From contig JBHGNT010000004.1 of the NCBI GenBank assembly GCA_043228905.1, forward strand, positions 22,072,001-22,136,000: 64,000 bases of DNA, in the 5' to 3' direction. Made by a program: the position numbers and the translations under genes. Below, in pieces: positions 8,790-26,100 of this stretch (positions within the stretch are counted from its first letter, which is position 1; each line of letters begins with the position of its first letter). The DNA is from Azolla caroliniana (lineage: Eukaryota; Plantae; Polypodiophyta). Under the pieces are notes generated by a model. That model did not search any database. It was not told the DNA's origin and saw nothing but the letters and a program-made list of their open reading frames with translations.

Positions 8790-11700
8790 ATATATATACA
8801 ATTTCTCTTTTATGGTGAAGTAGCATTGTGATACCTCACATTTGGCCTCAACCGGTCTCATTTACTCACAGAATACATTGTAAATGTAATCTCTTAAATC
8901 CATCATCCTTGAGGAGATAAATGAATTATTACTCTAAGGATAGAGTTAACTTTTATTGAGATTTTATCACTGATAGACGGTTGTGAACTACTTATGCTAA
9001 GCAAATAACTTGTGTTAATAAGGCATTGGATTCACCATTCCTAATTTCTTGGGAAGATGAGTGCGCTCTTAAACTTTACTTGTCTCATCTAGTCTTTTTG
9101 CTCTGCATCACATGTTTTGCCCTCATAGTTTATCAATAATCACTTAGAGCAAATTGCAAAATTAATTATGTTCTATATATTTTCTATGTTTGTAAAATAT
9201 CTTGCCATTACATCATTTTTTTTCTTTGTCAATTACATATGTGGCATGTTTGTTAATCAAAAGACAGACAAACAAAAAACATTGTAATCACTACTTGGAA
9301 TTTCTAGGATGAGATTGTTTTCATGTTTTTGTTGAAATTCATGCCTAGGAGATCTGTGATACTGGCAGTCTAGGGGCATGAAAATTCATTGTATATAGAT
9401 GTATCTTTATTAAGCTAAAGAGCTGTTCCAATCTAAATTTATTCTATATAGATATATCTTTTTAAGCTAAAGAGCTGTTCCAAAATCTCTATTTTGATGA
9501 TGCTATATCTATTCTGAATATTTAACTGTGCCATCATATAAGGACATGATGGTGGCATTCCTTAATGATTGTAAACAGTGGTCAAATTTTGTGTTAAGAG
9601 AGATTCTTTATGTAACATATTTTGCTCATTCTTCTATAGTAATTCTGGATTCGGGTATCTCCACAGTTCGATCAATTTCACAACGTGATCTCATGTAATA
9701 TAGGGCTGATTTTATACACATAATTCATCCTTTCTTTTCATTTCAATGATTCATGTGCTCCTTTAGTATGTGTGTGCACTTTCTTTCTCTTGACCTTCTT
9801 CATTTTCCTTTTACATTGGCAATTTAGCTAATGTGAACATGTGTTATACAGTCTCATCTTAAATCCAATACACTTAAGATAGTTCAAAGTCTACTCCCTC
9901 GTTATTCTGACGGACAGCTTGCCAATCTATGCTGGTGGGCCAATGAGATATGTGTGCTTGAACAATGGCATTGGACAGTACCTTTGCATTTCATAGAAAC
10001 ACCAGACTACTTATGCAATTACAATTATACGAGTGAGCTTTCCTTCTCTCATTAGTCTAAAGTACATAAACAAACAGACAATAAATGGACTTTTAACTAA
10101 TTTAGTGTCGAAGAGTATTTATCAGGAGATTGTCAAAGCTCTATAGGAGAAGGTCATATGTGTTCTGCTGGAGCGATTAACAACTATACTGCACAATTGG
10201 CTAATTATGGCTCCTCAAAAAATCAGTGTAAACATCATTAATGTTTTGCCTTTTTTGTGTGTTTGCATGAACTAGACTTTGATATCGTTTTTCTAGACAT
10301 GCATATTTTTGTACTCAAGTCTCGCCTTTTATATCGCTACAAGCAAATTCATATTCGCTTTTTTGTTTGTTTGGTATATGCATAAAATTTGCAACCACGC
10401 GATGGTCATGAATGCAGGCTATTTATTAGTTCATGTATACATATGTTTATTGTCAGGCTAAGAAAAAAATGTGTGTGGTTTCTTTAATCTGGTTTGGTGG
10501 GATAAGTATACGTCCATTGTTTGTGCTTGCATAGGAATGCTTTCATTTTATGTTCTTTAAGCATATATCAAAGTATTTTTCATGGTCACAGATAATTTGA
10601 CAGAAGCACTCCTGTTTCTCGCTCACTTTTTGGGAGATATACATCAGGTTTGTTTCTCAATGTATTAAATCGTGACATTGCCTCTACAAAGATAAGCTAC
10701 TTTTTATACCTACACCACATCTTATGAAAGAAATAGTTTAGAATTTGTCGATGTTTATTTAGGTTCAATAATACATGATTCCACACAATCATACTCTAAA
10801 GAGAAAGATATGTCGAATCCATATTTTGTAACACCAACCCAAGATTTTTAGATGAAATTTTTTGAATGATCTTTTCAGTGATGAACCACAATGGTGGTGC
10901 TCCAGAAATATAAGCAGGGAAAAGGCATATTGCTAGGATGATCAGAATCTCTCTTCTTCATTTAGTTATGGTCTTCATCCTTTCTTTGATTCAAATAGGT
11001 TGTGCTCTTGGAAATATCAGCAGTTGAAGTCGAACATTATATTCATAAAAGAGCGTAAGACACTCTGAGGTACAACTGTCTGCCTTTTGGGTCTCATTTT
11101 CTGATCATAGGGCCACATCTACGGGAGTATATGAGTCTTTTGAGTGATTGTGAGCTTGTGGTACAACTAGCAAAGATTTAACATTCCATATGAATATGAA
11201 ACACTTCTAGTGACAGTTCATGTTAATTCCAAATTGATGATGAATATGGTGTTTCTTTGTGGTCCAGATGGGCTCGATTGCAAGAAATATCAATGTACAG
11301 ATCTATGTTAACACATTCACGCTACGGCTTGTTACTAATGTGTGGTCTGGGCTATTTGATAGTGCTGTGGTGGGTTTGTTTCGATAATTGAAGAGATCTT
11401 TGAGGAGTATTTCGAATCTGGTCATGTTCCTATGCTAGGTATTTCAAAATTTCATGTCTTCGTAAAACACATGCTTAGACTTTGCATGTCTACTTGCATC
11501 ACTTTAGAGGTGCAAAACCTCGAATAGAAATGGTATCTGCTCTATATCGCCATAGACTTTGCAATAGCAGATTGGATGCTACTTGAGTTTAAGCCTTTGG
11601 TGGCAGAGCTGATAAATATATACACTTGAGAAACTTCCAAACTACGGTGCTGTTAGAGAATCTTAATTGCTTGTATGAAATGGAAACGAGAGAAAGGGGA

Positions 11701-14700
11701 ATATGAGACTTATGCATGTCTGTCTGTTCACATCACTGTCGAGGTGCAAAACCCTCCACGAATAGAAATGGTAGATAGGATGTTCCTTGAGTTTAATCCT
11801 CTGGTGGCAGAGTTGATAAATATGTGTAATGGAGAAACTCTAAACTTAATTGCTTCCAGAGAATTGTAGTAGCTTGTCCAAAACGGAAACAGAGAAAGGG
11901 AAATATAGACAATTTAAAAATATTTCTTGGATTGCCCAAAATAATGAAGGGAATGACATAAAAAAGGTTGGCTGTAAGAAGAGAAAAAAGTAGCCATAAA
12001 AAACGGGAAACGACCATTCTGTTTCTTGGGTAGGAGAGACGCTTGGCCACACTTTTTCTATGGTCTCTTTCATGACCACGTGATGCCCCTCTTGTAGCTT
12101 GTTTACTAACGTACTCATGTAACTGCATTCAACTTTACAGTTGCTGGGAGGGTGATGAACAATGTCCAAGAACTGTACCCATTCCAATTTGTAAAAATGT
12201 GGATACATTCTGGATGGATGAATTCTCAACTAAGAGGGATGTTGGTTGGAAGTATTTCATTACTGATTGTCAAAGCATGCATATTTGACATCTGTTTTCA
12301 GCAGTTGTCTTTGGTGACAAGGATCTTAAAATCATCCTGGGTCCTTGGTATCATATGAAAAACCTTGAAGGAAATCTACAAAGCTGCAATAAAATCACTT
12401 TTCCTGTGCCCTGCGTTTCTCTATGACGGCTGGAAGAGTTAGCACATGATCTAGTGTGAGGAACTGTCTCTGAAATCCTATGTGCTTCAGCTGTGACTCA
12501 ACTCATGCTTGGCTGGGTATGGAGGCATATTTGTTACAGACGATGGATTTGGATTTGGTATAATCTTGTGAAGGGTGTGGAAGATCATGATTATTTGATA
12601 TCAGGACATAATCAAATCCTTATTGGCCAATTTTCTGGGAATATTTCTTTGAAATAGGTATGTGAACTACTTCATGATGGCTCCCTTTAGTTTTATTGTG
12701 ATCCAAAGTCTCATGTTAGTTGTTTGCTTTTATATAGTTGTCAGCTGATGTAGCGTGACTTTTGTAAATTTTTATGACATAATATAATACAATTTACCTC
12801 ATGGAAAGAAAAGAAAATGAGAGAGGGATTCCGTAACAGCCATTGCATCTGGGATTTTCTAAAGATGCAAGAGCAAACTCAATCAAATTACAATGGTACA
12901 ATGAACAGAAGACATTACACCATGTAAGGATTTTATTCACAAAGTTAAATTCTTTTTCATTATCTTTTCAGTTACTGATGTAACTGGTTGATTTGCAATA
13001 GGTGTGGGATGATGGCATAATCAATGGTTTAAAAAATCAACATTATGCCAATTCAAATATCCCTGAGCTTATCAAAGACATTGAAGAAAATATTACGGTA
13101 AGAACACATACGTATAGCAGTGTGTTTTGAATCTTTATGCGCAACTATACTGCATTGCAAGTGGGGTTGTGGATTTGGTTATCTTCTGTTTGCTCCACTC
13201 CACATCCACTATGGACTTTTGAGCTTGATATCTTATGTTCAAGTTTAAATTTAGACCTTATAGATAAGATATCAAGCAAGGAAGATTGTTGCTGATTTAT
13301 TCATTGAATAGCAACAGAACTTGTTAAAAGAATGTCGAGAAACAAATCTTATGGCAAAATTTTCACGGATTTGGAAAGATTTAGATCGCAGATGTTTTTG
13401 AAAATGAAGAAAATGTAATATTGATAATAAATGAAATGTTTCTATCCAACTTATTCTAACTAATGGGTGGTACAAGATTTATAAAACTATATTTTTGTAC
13501 TTTATATGGACACGGCATATTACTAATATAAGAATAAATATACATTTTTCTCGTCACTAAATGGACAGGGATATTGGAAGGACGATATTTCGCAGTGGAC
13601 TGTTTGTCCTGATATGCAGATTGCATGTCCTGATATGTAAGTAACATTTCTAGTTTATACATGTACATTTTCAATTCTAGTTGATTCAACATTATCTTAG
13701 ATTCTGGATCAGGTTGTGCTTTAAGGAGCTAGTTATTTCAGTGTAGATATATAGATATTCCATGTAATATTAAACATTTGGTACCTTGGCAAGACAATTA
13801 TGAAAGATGTTAATGAAGGATTCTACTAAGGATGGAATGATTTGTTTACATTTTCAAGATTTCTCGATTATTCCTCTTAGCTTTTAAGTGATGAATCAGG
13901 ATTTGTCAACTTAATTGAAGTGACATTGTGAGACTTTATATTTGGAGTTCAGGGAAAACAATCTAAATTGAAGTCTCCATACTTGAGAACCGTACAAAGG
14001 ATTTCTATTGAGATATTGTTTCGAATTTGCTCTTTTTTTTTCTTTCTCGAGTACCACATTTTTGTTTCTCTTTGCCTTATATCAACTTTTGAACTTGCAA
14101 TGTGCAAAAGTTTGTTGACATGGAAATATTGTTGTCATATATCTTTTGCTGAAAAGTTTTTATTATTATCACCCATAGATGATGATATCAGAATCTTTAT
14201 ATTTCTACTTATTGTTGTATCGTTAGCAATTGGGTGTTGGTAATAGTCAACCTCACATAAAACTCTTGTTGTGCTATGGGTTGACTCCAAGGATCTAGTA
14301 TTGTTGTGATGGTCAATTCATCGGGCCATATCCCATTCCCACTTTTTTTTTCCAAAAACAAAACTCCCATTAGCTATAAATTTTTATAGCTGAGAATGTT
14401 ATATACAAATCCCATAAGGGACTCGATATTTCCATCTTATGTGGAGGCCCATTGACTCAAGAAAGGGAGAGGATGACCATTGTTGGATAAAGGCTTATCG
14501 TTGTCTTTTGGCTCCATATTGACTCGTTAGCGTGGCTACAACTTCACTCCATATTTCCCACTCCCACTCTTGGATTTTCCTCCTATAAAATGAATATTTG
14601 CACATGCCCCACGACACTCTATATCCACTTACTCAAGCTTGGTCAATACTCAATTGGTATGTGATGTGATATTGTGTTGGAATTGCTTCAATTTGTAAAT

Positions 14701-15182
14701 GGCATGGAAGTCAAATGGCAATTTGGGACTATACATACATTGGTTGGGGTAAGAACTTCCATAGTTTAAATTTCTACCAAGGGTAGAAGTCATTGCTTTG
14801 TTAACTTCATGCATTGCCATCAATAAATTGTATCAATGTCCCATAGTTTGGATTAAGGTTATATTAGTTTGGTATAACTTACTATTACCTAATGTGATTC
14901 ATTTTGATGAATTTAAAGCTATGCAAAAGAGAGTATCAAATTAGCTTGTTGGTGGGCATATAAAGGTGTTGCCAAAGGATCGAATCTGGAATGTAAGCCT
15001 CTCAACAATCATGAATGTTTTGAATGTGATAACAAAAAATGAGTGTTTGATTGAGTTTACATACTTTGTTTATAGATAATTACTACCAATCTAGGTTAGC
15101 GATTGTTCAAAGACGCCTTGCACAAGCTGGCATACGATTGGCATCAATACTCAACCACATTTTGCTCGATCCAATTCTATGA
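7333..15182 (+). CDS. S1/P1 nuclease family protein (ENDO/BFN-like), secreted, 9 exons, with substituted catalytic residues
   Basis: Exons 7333-7497, 9852-10032, 10126-10227, 10592-10647, 12840-12923, 13002-13097, 13569-13636, 14919-14992, 15076-15182, all GT-AG and in frame. Motifs: signal peptide then AWGQDGH, PLHFIETPD, AGAINNYT, EALLFLAHFLGDIHQPLH, LHHVWD, YAKESIKLAC, RLAQAGIRLA. Confidence 0.94.
9380..9483 (+). repeat. ~53-bp tandem duplication in nuclease intron 1
   Basis: TATATAGAT.TATCTTT..TAAGCTAAAGAGCTGTTCCAA occurs twice. Confidence 0.75.
11483..11905 (+). repeat. Diverged ~200-230 bp tandem duplication in nuclease intron 4
   Basis: Shared blocks GAGGTGCAAAACC, GAATAGAAATGGTA, CTTGAGTTTAA.CCT.TGGTGGCAGAG.TGATAAATAT and GGAAAC..AGAGAAAGGG in two copies (~11483 and ~11713). 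Confidence 0.75.
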
Positions 15183-16598
15183 ACATTATCATTAGGGTCT
15201 AGGTGTATGTCAATATGGTTTTTGTTAGAAAAGCATTAACAAACTCAACATTATCATTCACAATTATGGTATAATACTTTTGTCTTCCTTTTTGTGAACG
15301 AATCAAATTGGAAGAAAAAAATCATATTACAAAAATAAAGTGACAAATTGAAAAAATAAAATTGATGCATACTAGTAGCTTGCAAACATTCGTTTAATAT
15401 TGCATCTATGTGGATATTGATGCATGGTAGGTTTCAAGGTACCAAGTGGTCTATATAGGATGTCAAATCTTTATGAATGAAAGATGCGCTCCAACGTGCA
15501 TGTTTGCGAAGGAAGTTATGAATAGGAGGTTTTGAATTAACAAGGGTTGACAAGGATCACTATAATGAATTGACTAAATAGGAATGAAAAGGAGGGTGGA
15601 TGTATTTTTAAAAACAATTGAATATCATAGTCATATTATAATTTATATTTGAAGAGTGTCTTCACATGTATTTAGCTATGTGAAAGATATATGGATATGC
15701 CATGGTATCAACATGTTTATTGCACTAATCTAGCATTTCTTAAATGAATGTAGAAAGATTTTGAATGTACTCGAGATGGTTGTATTATTGTAAGTGCGCA
15801 TGATAGTTTTGCTAAGATAAAACTTCCAATGAAATAATAGTTTGGGGGATGCACATCGAAGGAGTATTTTGAGCCATAGTTATTGCATATTCTCAAGTAG
15901 TGTCTACCATAAACTTAGACAAACAATTTATGGTAATGTCTACCATTGGAAATAAACTTATTTGAAGATCCAAAACTAATAACATTTGAATGTTACAAAT
16001 TGAATTAGGCTCAAAAGTATTACTCCTACATAAATGTGATACATTCAAATGATTAGTGTTGCTAGTTGTGAGGCCTATATTTATATATGGTAGCGCATTT
16101 TGTAGCTTATTCTTTGTATGTTGTTATAGGTCTAAGATATATCTACCCAGTTTCTTTGTATCTAGGGTATCTAATAGTTTGGGGAGGGTTCGAATATGTC
16201 CATTCTCAACCTCAAGTTTGTGAGATGATACTCATAAGTTGTCCAATGGCAGCCCACGGTGCATTTGGTAAGAAGGTATGTATCTAGATATTTCGGTCAT
16301 ACAATAAAACCTAACGTAGAGAAGTGCACGAAGTGTTCCTTATTGTAGTAGAAACATATTTAGAAGACGCGACCGACGAACAAGGAGCAAAACATGAGTT
16401 GAAAAGGATCGAGAGCCATCGCGTGTGTTATATGTGTTAATAAGTTAGTTATATACTGAAGTCTTTTTTAGGTAAGGGCCAAGGCCAATCTCTCCTTCAC
16501 TCAGTTTAGTAGTGGCATTATGCATAGAATAAATACTCTCGGCTAGTTTTGTAAATTCCCCCAAATTTGCACTCAGAGATCTTCGCGGAGCTCTGGTC

Positions 16599-19899
<3,301 letters not shown>

Positions 19900-21025
19900 T
19901 GAGAATTGAACAGATTTTTGGTATAGCAAAAGATGTACATTTTGAAATTGTAATATACACTAAGAAATTGTTTCAGGTTCTAAACTCTTTGCATCATATG
20001 GGGGGTTTATAATTATCGCAAGACACTAAGAATGTGGACTCATATTTGTGAAGGCGAAGACAAATCAGTTTTTGGATCTCGGAAAATTTGTTCAACATTA
20101 GTATAATAATTTATATTACCATGAAGCTAGATATGTAATATTTTATCCTATTAATACTGTTTAAATATTACTGCCAAACTAATTCTTGGAGCAGCTGGGT
20201 AACATACTTGGAAAAGCTTTGGGTCCAACGTTTTGTCTTAGAGAGGATTCCTTGGACCTTTTATTGGTCATATGTGGTGTGCAGTTACATAATACTGTCC
20301 CTTAATACCTTGGTAGAGTTTCCACTTGTTATCTATGTACTGTCCTTTCATACCTTGATAGAGTTTGCACCTTCATGCCAAATATTAGAAGCATTGCAGT
20401 AAAAGGTGGTGGATCCTGTTTTAAGTTTGAATTCAGTGTTGGTTTCCTCACGTTGCATGGATGTTGAACAACTGTTTACAATATTACAAGCCACTTTCAA
20501 ACTCTGCTTTTTTCAGCATCAAAGTTGTGCCCTTCTATGACTTGGATTTTGAGTTGTCTCAAATTGAAACTGTAGTATTGCAATTAGCTGCTGTTATAAA
20601 TTCAGCCTTTCCATAATATGCTTTCAAGATTTTCTTTTGTTACCTCAGTGCACAGCACCTTGCCCATTCCCTATCAAATGTTTTTATTGGTAATCTCCAT
20701 ATGATTTTTGAATTTCCAATAGTTGTTTTTGGTCAATATATACGTCCTGAAGAACTTCCTTCATCGATAAGAAAGTTTCTTATGATAAAGCCCACAGCCA
20801 TGATAAAGTCAAGATCAGAGAAGTGAAACATTCTATTTCAAAACTGTTTAAATCCTCAGAAATGCATTTTCTATCTTCACAAAAATGAAGACAGTTTGGA
20901 CCTTCACTCATAACCTCTGTTTCTCTTCTTCATTCATGATAATGGTGTGGTAAACTGGCACTCACAGGATATACTCGTGTTATTGATGTTAGAGAAAGAG
21001 ATAGAATGTATATATAACTTTCCCT

Positions 21026-23101
21026 TCATTTGGCAGCATATTTCATTCTCATTGCTTCGATTCTTTCAGCATCTTCTTGCATGCCAGCAGATGCAAAAAT
21101 GTTAGCCATGAGGACATATACTACAGCACAAGTAGTATCTAATTGTAGTGCTTGATCAAAAGCCAACCTCCCAAGCTCAACGTTTCCCCATTTCCTACAA
21201 GCACCCAAGAGTGCACGCCAAACTGCAGGATAATCAGAAGACGGCATTGCCTTAATCACCAATATTGCATCGGTAAAGTGTCCTGCGCAACCCAATACCC
21301 CCATCATGCATGTATGATGCTCTACATTAGGTGTAATACCATATTTTCTAGTCATATTCCCAAAGAGTATTTGTACTTCATCTAGTAGCCCCGAGTGACT
21401 GCAAGCGGTGAGAACAGAGAGAAACGTAACCACATTTGGAGACAAACCTTCCCCATGCATCTGGTCAAAGCATTTCAATGCTTCACGAGAATGCCCATGT
21501 TCAGTGTATCCTGCAATTAGTGCATTCCATGAGACTACATCCCGACCTGGAAGCTCATCGAGAACCTCTTGTGCTTTTGCAAGAGCGCCACATTTGGCAT
21601 ACATATCCACCAAAGCAGTGCCAAGCAAAACATCTTTATGTAGCAAACCTCTACTCAAAACATCATCATGAATTTGCATACCTTTATCTATAGCTCCTAG
21701 ACTAGCACATGCTTTCAAGGTGCAAATGAAGGTGACTGTATTTGGAGAGAGTCCCTCACTTTGCATCTGTTCAAAGCAATTTAATGCTTCTTGACCTTCC
21801 TCTTGATGGGCATAACCTGCAATGAGTGAAGACCAAGAGATCACATTACGAATGGGAAGCTCTTCTAGTACTTCTTGTGCCTTTGCAAGGCTACCACATT
21901 TGACATACATGTCTACCAAAGCATTGCTAAGAACAATATCTGTCTTCAACAAACCCCTACTCACAACCTCATCATGAACTTGTTTTCCCTTTTCTATATC
22001 TCTCGCATTGCCGCATGCCTTGAAGATGCAAATGAAGGTAACTGAATCTGGAGAGAGACCCTCAGTTTGCATTTGTTGAAAACACTGTAGTGCTTTGTGA
22101 CCTTGTCCATGTTCTGTATATCCTGCAATCAATGTGTTCCAAGAGACTACATTGCGAATCAGAAGCTTTTGAAGTACTTCTTGAGCTTTTTCCATCATCC
22201 CATATTTCACATACATATCCACCAAAGCATTGCCAAGCACGATATTCTTCTCTAGTAACCCTCTACTCATAATCTCATCATGGATTTGTTTGCCCTTGCC
22301 TATAGCTCCTCTACTTCCACATGCTTTCAAGACACAAATAAAGGTCACTGCGTCTGGAGATTGGCTCTTACTTTTCATGCATTCAAAACAATCTAATGCT
22401 TCATCATACTGCCCTTGTTGCACATATCCAGAAATCAATGCAGACCAACAGATTGAATCTCGAATTGGCAGCTCTTCGAGCACCTCCTGAGCTTTTGTAA
22501 GGAAACCACATTTAGCATACATATCCACTAATGCAGTGCCAAGCACAATATCTTTCTCAATCAAACCTCTACTCACAATCTCATCATGAATTTGTTTTCC
22601 TTTATTTATTTCTCCTAAACTTGCACATGCCTTCAAGATGCAAGTGAAAGTCACTGCATTCGGAGAGAGGCCTTCGCTCTGCATTCGCTCAAAAGTGTTG
22701 AGTGCTTCTTGACCTTGGCCATGTTGTGCATACCCTGTGATTAGTGCATTCCAAGCAATAATGTTCCGAGTCTTAAGCTCTTCAAATATGTCTTGTGCTT
22801 TTGCAAGAACACCACATTTTGCATACATATTGATCAAAGCAGTGGCAAGATAAAGACTCTTCTCCAATAACCCTGTGCTAACAATCTCAGCATGCACTTT
22901 TGTTCCTTTATAAAGATCCTTCTTCTTTCCACAATCCTTGAGTATGGCCACCCAAGCGAAATCTTCCCAGTGATGAGCTCCATGCCTAATTGAATTGTCA
23001 TGTTTCTTGTTGAGATCCGCGTGTGTTGTTGAAACAATCTCTCTTCGATTCAGCTCTTCATTGATCCAAAAGGGATTGTACAATTCGTGATGGACCCACA
23101 A
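21026..23101 (-). CDS. PLS-class pentatricopeptide repeat protein with E domain, no DYW (organellar RNA-editing factor family)
   Basis: Intronless 691-aa ORF with repeated P-L-S triplets (ALVDMYAKCG...VSWNALIAGY...VTFICILKAC), then P2L2S2 (LTACSHSGLLDE), E1 (WRALLGACRKWGNVELG) and E2 (YVLMANIFA). Confidence 0.96.
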   Translation of the reverse strand: MWVHHELYNPFWINEELNRREIVSTTHADLNKKHDNSIRHGAHHWEDFAWVAILKDCGKKKDLYKGTKVHAEIVSTGLLEKSLYLATALINMYAKCGVLAKAQDIFEELKTRNIIAWNALITGYAQHGQGQEALNTFERMQSEGLSPNAVTFTCILKACASLGEINKGKQIHDEIVSRGLIEKDIVLGTALVDMYAKCGFLTKAQEVLEELPIRDSICWSALISGYVQQGQYDEALDCFECMKSKSQSPDAVTFICVLKACGSRGAIGKGKQIHDEIMSRGLLEKNIVLGNALVDMYVKYGMMEKAQEVLQKLLIRNVVSWNTLIAGYTEHGQGHKALQCFQQMQTEGLSPDSVTFICIFKACGNARDIEKGKQVHDEVVSRGLLKTDIVLSNALVDMYVKCGSLAKAQEVLEELPIRNVISWSSLIAGYAHQEEGQEALNCFEQMQSEGLSPNTVTFICTLKACASLGAIDKGMQIHDDVLSRGLLHKDVLLGTALVDMYAKCGALAKAQEVLDELPGRDVVSWNALIAGYTEHGHSREALKCFDQMHGEGLSPNVVTFLSVLTACSHSGLLDEVQILFGNMTRKYGITPNVEHHTCMMGVLGCAGHFTDAILVIKAMPSSDYPAVWRALLGACRKWGNVELGRLAFDQALQLDTTCAVVYVLMANIFASAGMQEDAERIEAMRMKYAAK

Positions 23102-26100
23102 TGATTCGTGAGTGATTCTATGCCTAAACTCCGGCGATGATCGGGAACAATTCTACATTTCAAGAATAATTTTTGTTTTTCTTTCTATCCCACACACACA
23201 CACACAAATTCTCTCACTCACTCTCCCTCACACACAAACACACACACACTCTCTCTCTCATTTTGTTCGCACCTTGGTCATCCGATTGCGGTACCACAGA
23301 GAGGGATCTCTGAAGTATTCCTTCCATGAGAGGTCCATTCTTTGGTAGAAGGAGGCCTTTGACGACGATGGCACAGGGTGTACTGCCATTCCTTCATAGT
23401 TGCAAGGGTAGGTACTATGTATATGTACATATGTGCCACACTTCTTTATTTTTGTGCAGGCTTTGCATTATGTATAGAAATTTAGTATGTATTAATATGA
23501 TCATCATAATATGTACATACTTCATCATCATCATTATTATGCACCATGCATGTCATATGGAGGACCATGGACGTGGACCTCATCATACACACCTCTTTCA
23601 CATACATAATTATGTTCATGCGATAAAATGTTCCCCCGACTAGATGGGTCTAAGGCTATACATACTCTGGAGGAAGCATATTGTGTGTTGGGTCCGTAAA
23701 TCTCGTTGAAATGCGCTCACATTCATGTGTTGATGCATCTAGACAAACATGGTTCTTGGATAGCGAAGCATGCTGACACATTATGTGTAGTAACTGGATT
23801 TAGAACTTGTGGGATGTTGTGGATATGTTCAACATGGCAGGGAACAAGTTGGTGCATTTGGTTGGGGGGAACCTGTATATTTGAAAATGCAACTAGGTGA
23901 AAGAAAGTGTGTGGATATATGCGTTTGTGGTTTTATGAACCCCGTTTTGATGGAGATCAAGGTAGTGCCTTTGTTGAGCACCATTGTTTGAACCTAAGAA
24001 GCAATAACACTGAGCCAATTGTCAGTGCTTGTGTTGTGGTTGTTCAAGATAGATAGCAGTGAATTCTCCACACAAACTAAGATGTCAAATAAACCAAGCT
24101 TCCTATGTTCAACTCTCCTGAAACCAAGGACAAGATCAACTATTCATGAAATCTTTAGTATGTTTAGCTTAGTGTTTTTCTTAAGAAAATAGACAAGGAG
24201 TTTGTTTAACAATGGCAACTAATATACTTCGCGGGTGTCAAAATCAATGATAGATTGAGTCTTTGTACGAGTCAATGACAAACAAAAAAACTGCTTTAGA
24301 GCCTCAATGTCATGGATAGTCAAATGAAACATGTCTCATTATTCGAATATTAAGATGGTAATGTTGTAGTGTTAGATGATCTTGTTGGCTTATTAGAATT
24401 ACCTTTTCAATGAAGTTTCACAATTAAGGTGCTAACATTTGTTTATACGTACATTTTTTGGAACTAGCAAAAAACAAATCCTATAGTTAAAGTAGGGTAT
24501 TGTTGAAATCTATTTTCAAACTGCCACTTTTGTTACAAAAAAATTATGTGTAACCTTCAATTCACCGATGTTCTGAAATAATCACTCTTTCCTACTGTCA
24601 TATTTGGAATAATCATGAAAGAAATTAAGCGGGCAAAAGAAATTCACCAAAACATTTATGACATGACATAGTCAACTTCTGTAAAAGAAAATTCAAAAAG
24701 AAGATTATGCATAACCTAGAAGAAAATGAAAGCAAACTGCAAATGGTAATGCTCATTGCAATTATGACAATATACAATGCTCAAATTTGGGAAAACCTTT
24801 GGCCCATTCATCAATTCGAAACCAGAAACTACATATCAATAACATTGGTTATTCTACAATAGATGTGATGTACCATCACATACAACAGATTTTATCTACA
24901 TGTGATTTTATAGATCAAAGTCTAATCATATATGATGGCATGTGGTTAGAAACATGGCTCAGAATCACATTAGGATCGAATCCAACTCTTGACAAATGCC
25001 ACGTATGAAGTGAAGTGGATTCGTTTGTTCGTAAAATATACCTTTTATAACTAAATATCTAATACTTTACAATACTCATATGCAATTTTACAAAATCACA
25101 AAGTTTCTGACTTAGTTATTGTTTGAGATACGAAGGCATGACTCAAACTTTCATTTAGAAAAGAAAAACACAATCATCAAATCTAATGTCAAAATATCCA
25201 CAAATATATGGAGTCACTTGGTTGTTCATAAAGGATATATGCTCATTTACCACATATGCTTCAAGAGTTGTACATCAAATGACAAAATATGTAAACAAAA
25301 TGGCCCATGCAACTAATTTTGTAGGCATGGTGTAGGCTTATAAGAATGAAACCTCTAACCTACATTGGACCATAAGCACAATTAACTAATATCATATAAG
25401 AATGAATCATAACTCGTTATCATGGAAGGACCTATAAGTGATACATGCTAGTTCACCACACACAATTCAATAGTTGTATGCCAAGTGACACAAGATTGCT
25501 AATGGAATTCCCAACACAATGGTTGTTACAAACATAATGTAATCTTATAAGAATTGAAGCCTTAGTGTTGCAATGGGTCACAAAGTGCAATTGGTCAATA
25601 TAATATACTAACCAAATAGAAGCAATTGTCATACAAGGAATAATGTTTACAATTAAAACCATCATTTTAATGGAATCAATATCAAATCATCCACATATAC
25701 TCCAGAAACACATATTCATCCACCATGTAGGAATGACTTAGATGATGTGCACCAAGGTTGAAATAAAATCACACAAAATGTATTAGAACATTGACAAATA
25801 TGGAGTCTTTATCTCAGTGAGAAAGCCATACACACCCACTCACATTTAGACATGACATAGCAGGTGTGTATTGATTTTCTACCCCATTTACTATCCATCA
25901 TGCAATCATAACTATGCATGTGCAATTCTATGAGTTATCAACCTTAGCCTACCCATATATAATCAATAAACATAGCAAACTCCTTTATGTTCACACACAC
26001 AATTAACAAGAGAAGAGGTCCATAGCACATGGATGACTTAGTGTCCATGCTAACTTGGATTGATATGGGTTGGACACAAAATCCAGGGCATGGTTCTCTC

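Noticed and set aside
10740-12700. Nested gene in nuclease intron 4
   Set aside because: The ORFs lack motifs and overlap a local duplication; more likely decayed repeat sequence.
21152-23037. Short ORFs antisense to or overlapping the PPR genes (also 44272-46019)
   Set aside because: Periodic shadows of PPR repeats.
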